Source of the DNA: Oscillospiraceae bacterium
Lineage (GTDB): Bacteria; Bacillota; Clostridia; Oscillospirales; UBA929
NCBI GenBank assembly: GCA_031550325.1
Contig: JAVBOR010000013.1
Location: 27,946 to 91,945 of the forward strand
Reading direction: 5' to 3'
DNA length: 64,000 bases
The notes under the pieces are model-generated. The model was not told the origin of the DNA. It ran no database searches and saw only the letters and a list, made by a program, of their open reading frames with translations. Positions within the stretch are counted from its first letter, which is position 1. Every line of letters begins with the position of its first letter. The position numbers were made by a program, and so were the translations under genes. Shown here one piece after another: positions 46,630 to 55,282 of the stretch.

Positions 46630-47727
46630 CTACGGCGCGTTGATCTGCCTGGACTTCTTCATATGCAGGGCGATGGCCGAGCAGATGAACAGCGCGATGG
46701 GGAACAGCACCTGAAACGGAAGGGCAACCGCCTGTATCAGCTGCAGGCCCGTCTGCAGCTCGGAGATCTGGCCGTAGATAAACAGGGAGAAGACAGAGCA
46801 CATCAGCGCCGCCGGGGCGAAGAACACCTGCCCGTCCGGCATATTGACGAGCTTTGCAAGGCCCTGGCAGCCCGCAAAGACGCACAGCGTGAACTTAAGG
46901 ATGCTTGAGATGAGAACGAACCCCAGCGTGAGCGCTTCAAGGCGCTGGATAAATTGTCCAATCTTGGTAAAGTTTGCCGACTCAAAGGAGGGGAAGTAGA
47001 AGGAGCTGAATGCGTTGCCCCCCAAAACCAGGATGTCGCGAAGCGCGATGACCAGAATAATCAGGTATGCCGCCGCAAAGCCCCCGAAGAACGCCTTGTT
47101 TGTGTTGGGATTTGTCTTTGCAAACGGCAAAACGGCCAGCAGGATCACAGCCTCGCTGAAGGGGAAGGAAAAAATGGCGCTGACCTCCTCGGCCATCTTG
47201 TGAAAGGGCGTGGCGAGCATGGGATACAGGTAGTCCGTGTTAAGGCTGGGAACGGCCGTAATCAGCGTAAAAATCAAAACTGCCGTGGTCACCAAAAAGA
47301 AGAGTGCGCTGAACCGGCCAATGGCGCGCAGGCCCTTTTTCAGCAAATAGATGCCGGAGACGCAGCACATGAGGCTGACCATCAGCTGGGGCGTTTCGGG
47401 CAGAGCGATAATGGTCACAGCCTGCGTATAGTTGCGAATGAAGAGCGCGCCGAAGATAAAGATATACAGCGTATACAGGGCGACCACGATCTTCCCGAAC
47501 AGCGCCCCGAACCGCTCGGTGATGATGTCAAACAGGGTTTTCCCCGGATTCATCTTCAGCAGGCGCATAAATACGAGCAGGAGCGGGAGGAAAATCACGC
47601 CCGCCATCAGCAGGGCCAGCCAGTGATCCTGCTTGGTGGCGTGCCGTATGGACACAAGCGAGCTGCCCTCCCAAAACAAAACGGAGATGCAGAAGATCTG
47701 AAACGTTGTGAGCCGGACCTTGCTCAT
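46630..47727 (-). CDS. germinant receptor B subunit (GerAB/GerKB, APC-superfamily permease-like)
   Basis: Trimmed to the second ATG (comp. 47727): MSKVRLTTFQIFCISVLFWEGSSLV. Ten hydrophobic helices, typical Spore_permease sequence. Confidence 0.8.
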   Translation of the reverse strand: MSKVRLTTFQIFCISVLFWEGSSLVSIRHATKQDHWLALLMAGVIFLPLLLVFMRLLKMNPGKTLFDIITERFGALFGKIVVALYTLYIFIFGALFIRNYTQAVTIIALPETPQLMVSLMCCVSGIYLLKKGLRAIGRFSALFFLVTTAVLIFTLITAVPSLNTDYLYPMLATPFHKMAEEVSAIFSFPFSEAVILLAVLPFAKTNPNTNKAFFGGFAAAYLIILVIALRDILVLGGNAFSSFYFPSFESANFTKIGQFIQRLEALTLGFVLISSILKFTLCVFAGCQGLAKLVNMPDGQVFFAPAALMCSVFSLFIYGQISELQTGLQLIQAVALPFQVLFPIALFICSAIALHMKKSRQINAP

Positions 47728-47751
47728 GGGTGCGCCCCCCTTATAAGATAC

Positions 47752-47797
47752 TGTCAAAGAACATTTTTCCTTTGACAAAGACCGTAGACAAACCCCG
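47752..47797. repeat. degenerate member of the palindromic repeat family, copy C
   Basis: TGTCAAAG-N10-CTTTGACA (47752-47777) followed by GTAGACAAACC, a module also present in copy E. It lies between two genes of the ger operon. Confidence 0.55.
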
Positions 47798-47808
47798 CAG
47801 TCGCACGG

Positions 47809-48018
47809 TCAGGAGGAGAACAGGGCGGGAAAGGCCTGATACAGCAGGTCGAAGATCGAAACGGCGGGCGTGCTGAGAAAGAGCAGCCCGGCAATGCCAA
47901 GCGTCAACAGGGACAGCACGAGGTAGACCACGGCCTCCTTGCGGGGCCAGGGGAGCATCTTCAGGTCCGCCGCAAAGCAGACGGCGAGCACAAGGGCTAC
48001 GGCGAGAAACAGAAGCAT
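47809..48018 (-). CDS. small two-TM membrane protein inside the ger operon (D-subunit-like)
   Basis: 69 aa, two hydrophobic helices (LLFLAVALVLAVCFAA and VVYLVLSLLTLGIAGLLFL). Its start lies 17 nt downstream of the GerC-type gene's stop (48036), and it is followed by the B-subunit gene. Confidence 0.5.
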   Translation of the reverse strand: MLLFLAVALVLAVCFAADLKMLPWPRKEAVVYLVLSLLTLGIAGLLFLSTPAVSIFDLLYQAFPALFSS

Positions 48019-48035
48019 ACGCGTTCAACCCCCTG

Positions 48036-49178
48036 TCAATTCGAGGCGATGCTGTTGTTCTTGAGGTCGAGCACAACATGGACCGAAACCGGGATTTCTG
48101 TGAAAAAGCTTTGCCAGTTGTCCTCGCCGACGCTTTTCCAGAGCTCGCGCTGCGTTGTCTGCACCCTCGCGCCCATTCCAAAGACGTCCGTGCCGAACTG
48201 CGTCTGTATCTTTTTCACGACGGTCAGGATTTTTTCCGAGATGTCGTCCTGCATCTCCGTCATAAGCGTATCACGGTCGGCCGAGGGGATGGTCAGTGCG
48301 GTGCCGTTGACGTCGATGACGTATCCGGTCAGATGCACGTCCAGGTTCATGCGCAGCTGACCGTTCTCCAAGACGGGACTGGCGTCCGACTGGATGTCGC
48401 TGTATCTGAGGGTGATCCTCCCAAGGTCCTCACTCTCGTGCACCAGCGAGCCGCCTTTCCCGTTTTCTGTGGCGATCGTGCAGAATTGAGCCTCGTCGGG
48501 CGACAGATACCCGCGCAGAAAGGACTCTTGAAGGACGGCGATGCCGTCCAGATCGGCCTTGCTGCTCTCTTTGTCCTCAATAACCGTGATGGCCGGCAGC
48601 AGCATGCAGCCCCCGCCGATGGCCTCGTTGTAAAGCGGGCAAAGCTTCGCCTGCACAGATTTTCCCCAATAGGAGTGCTGTTGGTCGATGGCTCTGGACA
48701 GGTTTCGGGAGATCAGAACCTCCTGCTGGCTTTTTTGGTGCAGGATGTCCTGTGCGCTGCAGTTCTTGCTGACTGCGACCATGGTGGTGGCATGAAGGTC
48801 GGACGTGTGCATGCAGACCTTCAAAAGCGGCGCGATGCTCTCGGTTTTGGCGATCTCCTCGCTGATGATCATGATGCTGGCGTGGCGGAGATATATGCGA
48901 CCGCCGACGAAGTTGACCAGCCCGCCGACCGCTTCAGCAAGCGTCCTGCCCTCGAAATCATAGACGACCGACTCGGTCGTCCCGGATTTGATGTCCGCTG
49001 CGGGCTTTGCGATTTCGGCCGTAATGTGATAGCCCCCGTCATTACCTGGGTCTACGCCCAGTCCGGCAACGACGATGAGATCCTCAATATTGGTGTAGTC
49101 GCAGGCGCACAGTCCGGCGCATAAAAAAGCCGCCAGAATGACACACGCTGCCCGGCGTCCCATGCTGAGTCGGAGCAT
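48036..49178 (-). CDS. germinant receptor C subunit lipoprotein (GerAC family)
   Basis: Track ORF trimmed to the ATG at comp. 49178, 8 nt after GGAGGG. MLRLSMGRRAACVILAAFLCAGLCACDY has a lipobox. Ger(x)C-like body. Confidence 0.8.
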   Translation of the reverse strand: MLRLSMGRRAACVILAAFLCAGLCACDYTNIEDLIVVAGLGVDPGNDGGYHITAEIAKPAADIKSGTTESVVYDFEGRTLAEAVGGLVNFVGGRIYLRHASIMIISEEIAKTESIAPLLKVCMHTSDLHATTMVAVSKNCSAQDILHQKSQQEVLISRNLSRAIDQQHSYWGKSVQAKLCPLYNEAIGGGCMLLPAITVIEDKESSKADLDGIAVLQESFLRGYLSPDEAQFCTIATENGKGGSLVHESEDLGRITLRYSDIQSDASPVLENGQLRMNLDVHLTGYVIDVNGTALTIPSADRDTLMTEMQDDISEKILTVVKKIQTQFGTDVFGMGARVQTTQRELWKSVGEDNWQSFFTEIPVSVHVVLDLKNNSIASN

Positions 49179-49225
49179 AAGCGTCTCCCTCCTCTCCCAA
49201 TTGTTCGCGCGGCGGCTCGCCCGAC

Positions 49226-50734
49226 TCACTTCTGCCGTCTGGTGTTCCTGGCGAACTGTGGCCGCGTCTTCATATTCCAGATCGGGGCGCGGAAGAGGAC
49301 GTCCTGCGCCATGTTGGATTTGAGCGTGGTAAGTCCGCTCATATAGTCGCAGCCGAAGGACTGCAGGGAAAGCAGGTGGATGCTGACCATGACCATGACG
49401 AAAAAGTATCCGAACAGCCCGACGAACGCCGACATCAGCAGAGCTCCGGTTCTGATGAGCAGCCCCGCGCTGCTGAGCTTGGAAACCAGCATGCCGGTGA
49501 TTCCGGTCAGGGCCACCACGATGAGGGTGGGCGCGCCGATGATCTTGGCCTCGATGGCGGCCTGACCCACCACAAGGCCGCCGACGATGCTGAGGGCCTG
49601 ACCGATTTTGTTGGAGGAGCGGATGCCGGCCTCCCGCAGGACGTCAAAGACGACGAGCAGGCCGAGGCACTCCAGAATGACGGGAAACGGCGTGTGGGAC
49701 GAGGCCGCGGACAGCACGGCGATCAGCGAGTCCGGGATCATTTCCTGGTGGAACCCGACCAGCGAGACGTAAACGGCGGGAACGCTGATGGTAAGGAAAA
49801 ACGCCAGAAACCGAACGAGTCTTCCCGCGCTGGAGTAATAAAAGTTGACATAGTAGTCGTCGGGCGCCTGAAAGTTCTCAATCAGCAGATACGGAACCGT
49901 CATCACCAGCGGACTGCCATCCACCACAACGCCCACACGGCCCTCCAGCAGCCGCGCGGCGACAATGTCGGGCTTTTCGGACGAGCCGGTTGTTTTAAAC
50001 GGGGACAGGCGGCTGTCCTTCACAAACTCCTCGAGGTAGTTTGTGCAAAGAACGCTGTCCGTTGAAATCTGGGACAGCCTGTTTCGGAGCTCCTTGAGTA
50101 CGCTCTTGTCCACCAGAGAGTCCAGGTAGCACAGGCACACCCTGGTCTCGGTGCGCGTTCCCAGCCGGAGAAAGCTGAGCTTCAGATCGCTCGTCTGGAG
50201 CCTGCGCCGGATCAGGCTGAGGTTGACCATGAACGACTCGGTAAAGCCCTCGCGCGGGCCGCGCAGGCTTTTTTCGTTGTCGGGCTCTATGACGGCCCGG
50301 GTGGCATAGCCCTTAGAGCCGACAAGCAGCGCCTCCTGCGAGCCGTCGGTGAGGACGAGCGTGTCGCCGCACAAGACCGTGCTGACACAGGTTTTGATAT
50401 CCTGAGAGCGCTTGACCTCGTTTCCGCTGACCAGTTTGGACTGAATATCGTCCAGCGTGGTTCCGGTGATATCCAGACGCTTGCGCTCAAACGAACAGAT
50501 GGGACGGATGACGGACAGCACAACCATCTGCGTGTTAATCATCCCGTCCACATAGACGGCGGCGCAGCGAATCTTTCCGTCCCGGCTTTCAAACTCCCGG
50601 ATGATGACGGCGTCGTCGCCGGTAAAAATCGTGCGGATCATGCTCAGATTCTCCGCGAGGCTCTCCGACATGCGGAATGCGCTGTAGTCAACCATGCCTT
50701 CCAGGTTGGTCTGCGGCTGTTTTGAACCGGCCAC
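49226..50734 (-). CDS. germinant receptor A subunit (GerAA family)
   Basis: 502 aa. GTG start 8 nt after GGGGG. Soluble N-terminal domain plus C-terminal TM bundle (GerA Pfam-like: ...LIENFQAPDDYY...PFPVILE...). Confidence 0.85.
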   Translation of the reverse strand: MAGSKQPQTNLEGMVDYSAFRMSESLAENLSMIRTIFTGDDAVIIREFESRDGKIRCAAVYVDGMINTQMVVLSVIRPICSFERKRLDITGTTLDDIQSKLVSGNEVKRSQDIKTCVSTVLCGDTLVLTDGSQEALLVGSKGYATRAVIEPDNEKSLRGPREGFTESFMVNLSLIRRRLQTSDLKLSFLRLGTRTETRVCLCYLDSLVDKSVLKELRNRLSQISTDSVLCTNYLEEFVKDSRLSPFKTTGSSEKPDIVAARLLEGRVGVVVDGSPLVMTVPYLLIENFQAPDDYYVNFYYSSAGRLVRFLAFFLTISVPAVYVSLVGFHQEMIPDSLIAVLSAASSHTPFPVILECLGLLVVFDVLREAGIRSSNKIGQALSIVGGLVVGQAAIEAKIIGAPTLIVVALTGITGMLVSKLSSAGLLIRTGALLMSAFVGLFGYFFVMVMVSIHLLSLQSFGCDYMSGLTTLKSNMAQDVLFRAPIWNMKTRPQFARNTRRQK

Positions 50735-50885
50735 TTGATGCGCCCCCTTATCAATGCATGCCGATAGTATGCAGAAAACACGCGGAATTATACGAAAGAC
50801 ATCGAATCGGGCCGCTGTTCAGGAGCCTACGGCGCATAAGCAAAACGGGAGAGGTGTCGCGTTTTTGCAAATGAGCGCAAAGAAA

Positions 50886-50950
50886 GGCTTTCCCGGAATG
50901 AATCCGGGAAAGCCTCATAGACTGTCTAAGAACCTTTGGTTCTTTGACAA
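50886..50950. repeat. mosaic palindromic intergenic repeat, copy D
   Basis: Perfect hairpin GGCTTTCCCGG-AATGAAT-CCGGGAAAGCC (50886-50914), then TGTCTAAGAACC-TTT-GGTTCTTTGACAA (50923-50950). It lies between the copA stop and the gerA start. Confidence 0.85.
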
Positions 50951-50986
50951 AGCGCGAAGGGTTACTGGGGCGGGACACGTTCTTGT

Positions 50987-53473
50987 TCAGCCGACAACCT
51001 CGTATCCCGCGTCCTGGACGGCCTTGCGCAGAAGCGCGTCGTCCACGGAAGCCGAGGTCTCCACAGAGGTCGGCCCATCCAGACTGACGTCGGCGCGCGT
51101 GACGCCCGGAACATCCTCCAGGGCCTTTTTGACGGCATTTACGCAGTGCATGCAGTTCATGCCTTCGATGTGCAGCGTTTTGGTCATGGGGAGCATCTCC
51201 TTTGATTTATGCCGCGGCTTTGGCGCAAAAAAGCGCAGACGCAGCGCATTGAGGACTACGGTGACCGAACTGAGACTCATGGCGGCGGCGGCGACCATGG
51301 GATTGAGCAAAATGCCGCCCGACAGGTAAAACACCCCGGCCGCCACCGGAATGCAGACGATATTGTAAAAAAACGCCCAGAACAGGTTTTGCTTGATGTT
51401 GCGCATGACCGCGCGGCTGAGCTCAATGGCCGTGGCCACGTCGGCAAGGTCGCTCTTGATCAGCACGATATCGGCGGCCTCTATGGCGATGTCGGTTCCG
51501 GCGCCGATGGCGATGCCGACATCGGCGCGCGTCAGCGCGGGCGCGTCGTTGATGCCGTCCCCTACCATGGCCACCTTTTTATGGACCTGCTGCAGCGCGC
51601 GCACCTGCCGCTCCTTATCCTGGGGCAGCACATCGGCCACAAACGCATCGATCCCCACCTGCGCCGCAATAGCCTTGGCGGTCACGGCGTTGTCCCCGGT
51701 CAGCATGACAACGTCGAGGCCCATTTGGAAAAGGCGCGCGACGGCCGCCTTGCTTGAGTTTTTTGGCGCGTCGGCCACGGCGATGACGCCCAGAAGCGTG
51801 TCGCCGCGCGCGACAAACAGCGGCGTTTTGCCCCCCGCAGCCAGCTCGGCAGCCCGCGCGTCAAAGCCGTCAAGAGAGAGGCCGGAGAGCAGCTTTTTGT
51901 TGCCCGTGCGGCAAAGCTGGCCGTCCAAAACTCCCTGAATGCCCTGGCCGGGGATCTGGCGGTAGTCAGCCACGGCGCTCAGCGTTAGGCCCTCGGCATC
52001 GGCCATCGCGAGGATGGGGCCGCCGAGCGGATGGCCGGACAGCTTTTCAAGCGACGCGGCGACCAACAGCAGCGCCGAGGCCGGTACGCCGTGGGGAAGC
52101 AGATCGGTCACAGCGGGCTTCCCCTCGGTGACGGTGCCGGTCTTGTCCAGTACCACGGTGTCCACGCCGCCCGCGACCTCGAGCGACTCGGCTGACTTGA
52201 TCAAAATGCCGTTGGCTGCCCCGCGGCCCGTACCCACCATAATGGCCGTGGGCGTCGCCAGCCCAAGCGCGCAGGGGCAGGAAATGACAAGCACCGAAAT
52301 GGCCACAGAGAGCGAAAACGCCAGCCCGTAGCCCAAAAGCATCCACACGGCAAACGTGGTCAGCGCAATCAGGATAACCGTCGGGACAAAAATGCCGCTG
52401 ATTTTATCGGCGAGTCTGGCAATCGGCGCCTTGGAGGACGTGGCGTCCTCGACCAGCCTGATGATGCCCGAGAGCGTGGTGTTCTCCCCAACGGCCGTGG
52501 CCTTAAAGACCAGGTAGCCCGATGAGACAGCGGTGCCTGCGATGACGCGGTCGCCCGGGTTCTTGTCCACAGGCAGGCTCTCGCCCGAGATGGCTGCCTC
52601 GTCAATCGAGGCGTACCCCTCCAAAACAAGACCGTCGACCGGGACGGCGCCTCCGGCGCGGACAACCAGCGCTTCGCCCAGCTGCACGTCGTCAACGGGT
52701 ATTTCGGCTTCGGCACCGCCGCGCAGGACAAAGGCAGTCTTCGGCGCGAGATCCATGAGCTTTGATAGCGCGTCCGAGGTGCGGCTCTTGGCGCGCGTTT
52801 CAAAGTATTTTCCCAGGGTGATCAGCGTGAGGATCATAGCAGCCGACTCAAAGTAAAGGTTCATCGAATACTCGTGGACGAGCGCCATGTCGCCGTGGCC
52901 GAGGCCGTAAGCCATGCAAATAAGCGCGAAAACGCCGTAAAGTGTCGCGGCCGAGCTTCCCATGGCGATCAGGGCGTCCATGTTTGGCGCAAGTTTTACA
53001 AGGCCGCGAAAGCCATGCCGAAAGTACGCTTGATTGGCAAACAGTACGGGAAGCAGCAGCAAAAACTGCGTCAGCGCCGCGATCACCGCGTTGTCCATGC
53101 CGGTAAGCAGACCGGGAAGCGGCCAGGAGAACATCCCGCCCATCGCTAAATAAAACAGCGGCACCGTAAATAGGGCCGAAACAATCAGCCGCGTCCGAAA
53201 CCCTTTCAGGGCCTGCCGGGCGGGGTTTGCGGACTCGGTCAAAACGGCCTTTTCCGCGCCGCCTTTTAAAGAGGCACCGTAGCCAAGCGCTTCGACGGCG
53301 CGGATGATTTCGCCGCGCTTAAGCGCCTGACCGTCAAAGCTGACGGTCATGAGACCGGTCAGCAGGTTGACGCTGACGGCACTGACTCCCGGGAGCCGGG
53401 AAACGCCCTTTTCAACGCGCGCCGAACAGGCCGAGCACGTCATCCCCGTGACGGCAAAACTCGCCTTTTCCAT
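50987..53473 (-). CDS. copA: copper-translocating P1B-type ATPase with N-terminal and C-terminal HMA domains
   Basis: 828 aa. N-terminal GMTCSACSARV, CPC motif SCPCALGLATP, DKTGT phosphorylation site, GDGINDAP. An extra C-terminal HMA domain is present (MTKTLHIEGMNCMHCVNAV...). Confidence 0.95.
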   Translation of the reverse strand: MEKASFAVTGMTCSACSARVEKGVSRLPGVSAVSVNLLTGLMTVSFDGQALKRGEIIRAVEALGYGASLKGGAEKAVLTESANPARQALKGFRTRLIVSALFTVPLFYLAMGGMFSWPLPGLLTGMDNAVIAALTQFLLLLPVLFANQAYFRHGFRGLVKLAPNMDALIAMGSSAATLYGVFALICMAYGLGHGDMALVHEYSMNLYFESAAMILTLITLGKYFETRAKSRTSDALSKLMDLAPKTAFVLRGGAEAEIPVDDVQLGEALVVRAGGAVPVDGLVLEGYASIDEAAISGESLPVDKNPGDRVIAGTAVSSGYLVFKATAVGENTTLSGIIRLVEDATSSKAPIARLADKISGIFVPTVILIALTTFAVWMLLGYGLAFSLSVAISVLVISCPCALGLATPTAIMVGTGRGAANGILIKSAESLEVAGGVDTVVLDKTGTVTEGKPAVTDLLPHGVPASALLLVAASLEKLSGHPLGGPILAMADAEGLTLSAVADYRQIPGQGIQGVLDGQLCRTGNKKLLSGLSLDGFDARAAELAAGGKTPLFVARGDTLLGVIAVADAPKNSSKAAVARLFQMGLDVVMLTGDNAVTAKAIAAQVGIDAFVADVLPQDKERQVRALQQVHKKVAMVGDGINDAPALTRADVGIAIGAGTDIAIEAADIVLIKSDLADVATAIELSRAVMRNIKQNLFWAFFYNIVCIPVAAGVFYLSGGILLNPMVAAAAMSLSSVTVVLNALRLRFFAPKPRHKSKEMLPMTKTLHIEGMNCMHCVNAVKKALEDVPGVTRADVSLDGPTSVETSASVDDALLRKAVQDAGYEVVG

Positions 53474-53594
53474 GAGCGCTCCCCCTCCTTCCGCGCCGGC
53501 GGCCTTCGGCCGCCTGACCCCATTATATCCACATCGCGAGTTTTTTCAAGTCCTTCCGGGCGTGGCGCGTCCGGCTTTTCCGCGCCATGTCCGC

Positions 53595-53622
53595 TTGACT
53601 TTTTCAAATATATTGATATAAT
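53595..53622 (+). promoter_or_regulatory. promoter of the DUF2087 gene
   Basis: TTGACT (53595-53600), 16-nt spacer, TG-a-TATAAT (53617-53622), within a very AT-rich divergent intergenic region shared with copA. Confidence 0.5.
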
Positions 53623-53657
53623 GTTTATAATATTGTTTTATTTCAGGAGGATTGTTT

Positions 53658-54404
53658 ATGAATAAAGAAATTCAGAGCCTGACGGTCGAGGAACTAAAAA
53701 ACGGCTTTGTGTTTGAGGAAAAGCGCTGTGCGTATGTCTGTTTGTTCTGCGGCACCGTGTTTGAACGCGGCGTGGTGTTCAAGCAGGGCGGGCGTCTGGT
53801 GGACGCGCAAAAGGCAGCCTGCTTGCATATCCGTGAGGCGCACGACTCGGTTTTTGCCGCACTGCTGCGCGAGGGCAAAAAAAATACCGGATTGACCGAG
53901 GTGCAATCCGACATGCTGTTGGGCTTCTTTGGCGGCGTGTCCGACGGGGAGCTCGCCAGAGGAGCTGGAATCTCGCCGTCAACCGTCCGGTTTCAGCGGT
54001 TCAGCTTTCGTGAAAAGGCCAGGCAGGCCAGGGTGATTCTTGCCCTGGAGGGACTCCTGGAGCACAGACTGGCGTGCGACGAGGCGCCCGAGGTTCACCC
54101 GAACGCGACCATGGTGGATGAGCGCTATATGACCACGGGCACCGAATCGGAAAGGATCGCGGGGAACTTCTTTGTGTCGCTCGATCCTCCGGTACTCAAG
54201 ACGCTCTCTTCCAAGGAAAAAAACAAACTCGTGATCCTGAAGATCATCGCCGGGCAGTTTGAGCCGGGAAAGCACTACACGGAGAAGCAGGTCAACGACA
54301 TCCTCAGGCCAATTTACGGGGACTACGTCTCCATCCGCCGGTATCTGATCGAATACGGGTTCATGGACAGGACGGCCGACGGGCAGGCATACTGGCTGAA
54401 GTAA
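53658..54404 (+). CDS. DUF2087 domain protein with N-terminal Cys/His cluster and HTH (putative regulator)
   Basis: ATG 53658, 7 nt after AGGAGG. N-terminal CAYVCLFCG...HIREAH, HTH-like SDGELARGAGISPSTVRFQRF. The C-terminal KHYTEKQVNDILRPIYGDYVSIRRYLIEYGF segment is DUF2087-like. Confidence 0.6.
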   Translation: MNKEIQSLTVEELKNGFVFEEKRCAYVCLFCGTVFERGVVFKQGGRLVDAQKAACLHIREAHDSVFAALLREGKKNTGLTEVQSDMLLGFFGGVSDGELARGAGISPSTVRFQRFSFREKARQARVILALEGLLEHRLACDEAPEVHPNATMVDERYMTTGTESERIAGNFFVSLDPPVLKTLSSKEKNKLVILKIIAGQFEPGKHYTEKQVNDILRPIYGDYVSIRRYLIEYGFMDRTADGQAYWLK

Positions 54405-54413
54405 GCGCCTTGG

Positions 54414-54659
54414 CTAACGCCGCGTCCGCACCGCGGTGATTTTGTCGGCGGCAACGCACAGGAAGGCCGGCGACCGGCTTCTTGAGCCGTTGGGGCAGAC
54501 AAGCGTGAGCGCCTGCGGGTCGGCCCTCAGCAAAACTCCGCAAAACGGCGGCGCACCTGACGCCGTGTACACGCTTATCATTTGTCCGACCTTGTCGGCA
54601 AATGGCGACGCCCTGCCGCGGCCGCTGAGCGGATCCGCGTAGTTTTGAACCATCAGCAC
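54414..54659 (-). CDS. small protein (81 aa), paralogue of the N- and C-terminal parts of the Cys/Gly-repeat protein
   Basis: GTG at comp. 54659, 8 nt after AAAGGAGG. MLMVQNYADPLSGRGRASPFADKVGQMISVYTASGAPPFCGVLLRADPQALTLVCP...AADKITAVRTRR. This is the 3' part of track ORF 54414..55289. Confidence 0.45.
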   Translation of the reverse strand: MLMVQNYADPLSGRGRASPFADKVGQMISVYTASGAPPFCGVLLRADPQALTLVCPNGSRSRSPAFLCVAADKITAVRTRR

Positions 54660-54770
54660 CGCGCGCGCCTCCTTTTTTTCAAATCGGGCCACTGGCAACG
54701 CTCTCTGTTCAGCATATGATGAGAGTGTGGCGTTCGTTACGCCCTTTAGAGTTGAAAGGAGACAGAATAC

Positions 54771-55244
54771 ATGGCAGATTGGTACGATTGCCGCGAGGAA
54801 AACTCGGTCAGGCGTACGCTGCGCAGGAATGTTGGCAGAGTCTGTACGGTGTTTACCACGGCTGGCGGCTGCGCCGGCGGGGGGTTTACCGGCCTCGTGG
54901 CCAACGTGAATGACGACAGCTGTAAAGTAATCACCGCGCTCCCGGCCGCAGATGAGCTCCGGCCGTTCGGCCCCGTGAACGGCTGCGGCTGCGGACGCGG
55001 AGACGGAGGCTGCGGCTGCGGACGCGGAGACGGAGGCTGCGGTTGCGGGCGCGGCGACAGAGGCTGCGGAGGCAGAAGCTGTGGCTGCGGAAACGGAAAC
55101 AGAGGCTGCGGGCGCGGAAGCAGGGGCTGCGGCTGCGGAAACAGAGGCAGCGACTGCGGCGGCAGAAGCCGCGGGGATGTGCTGGGCACCTCCTGCACCA
55201 TTCCGATCGATCAGATCACTTGTGTGGCGACCCCTGAGATATAA
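54771..55244 (+). CDS. Cys/Gly-rich repeat protein (157 aa), function unknown
   Basis: ATG 8 nt after AAAGGAGA. The N-terminal VGRVCTVFTTAGG..GFTGLVANVNDDSCKVIT and C-terminal TIPIDQITCVATPEI segments flank GCGCGRGDG x3 plus degenerate G-x repeats (about 20 Cys). Confidence 0.6.
   Translation: MADWYDCREENSVRRTLRRNVGRVCTVFTTAGGCAGGGFTGLVANVNDDSCKVITALPAADELRPFGPVNGCGCGRGDGGCGCGRGDGGCGCGRGDRGCGGRSCGCGNGNRGCGRGSRGCGCGNRGSDCGGRSRGDVLGTSCTIPIDQITCVATPEI
54981..55061 (+). repeat. 27-bp tandem repeat x3 inside the Cys/Gly-rich gene
   Basis: GGCTGCGGCTGCGGACGCGGAGACGGA occurs at 54981-55007 and 55008-55034 (identical). A diverged third unit lies at 55035-55061. Degenerate units continue to about 55175. 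Confidence 0.9.
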
Positions 55245-55282
55245 CGCGCGAGCTCTGCCCAAAGCCGTCGCTGCTCTTCGTT

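Noticed and set aside
54996-55058. Three RGD tripeptides in the Cys/Gly repeat as integrin-binding adhesion motifs
   Set aside because: RGD arises automatically from the repeated GGACGCGGAGACGGA unit. Nothing else (signal peptide, adhesin domains) supports a host-adhesion role.
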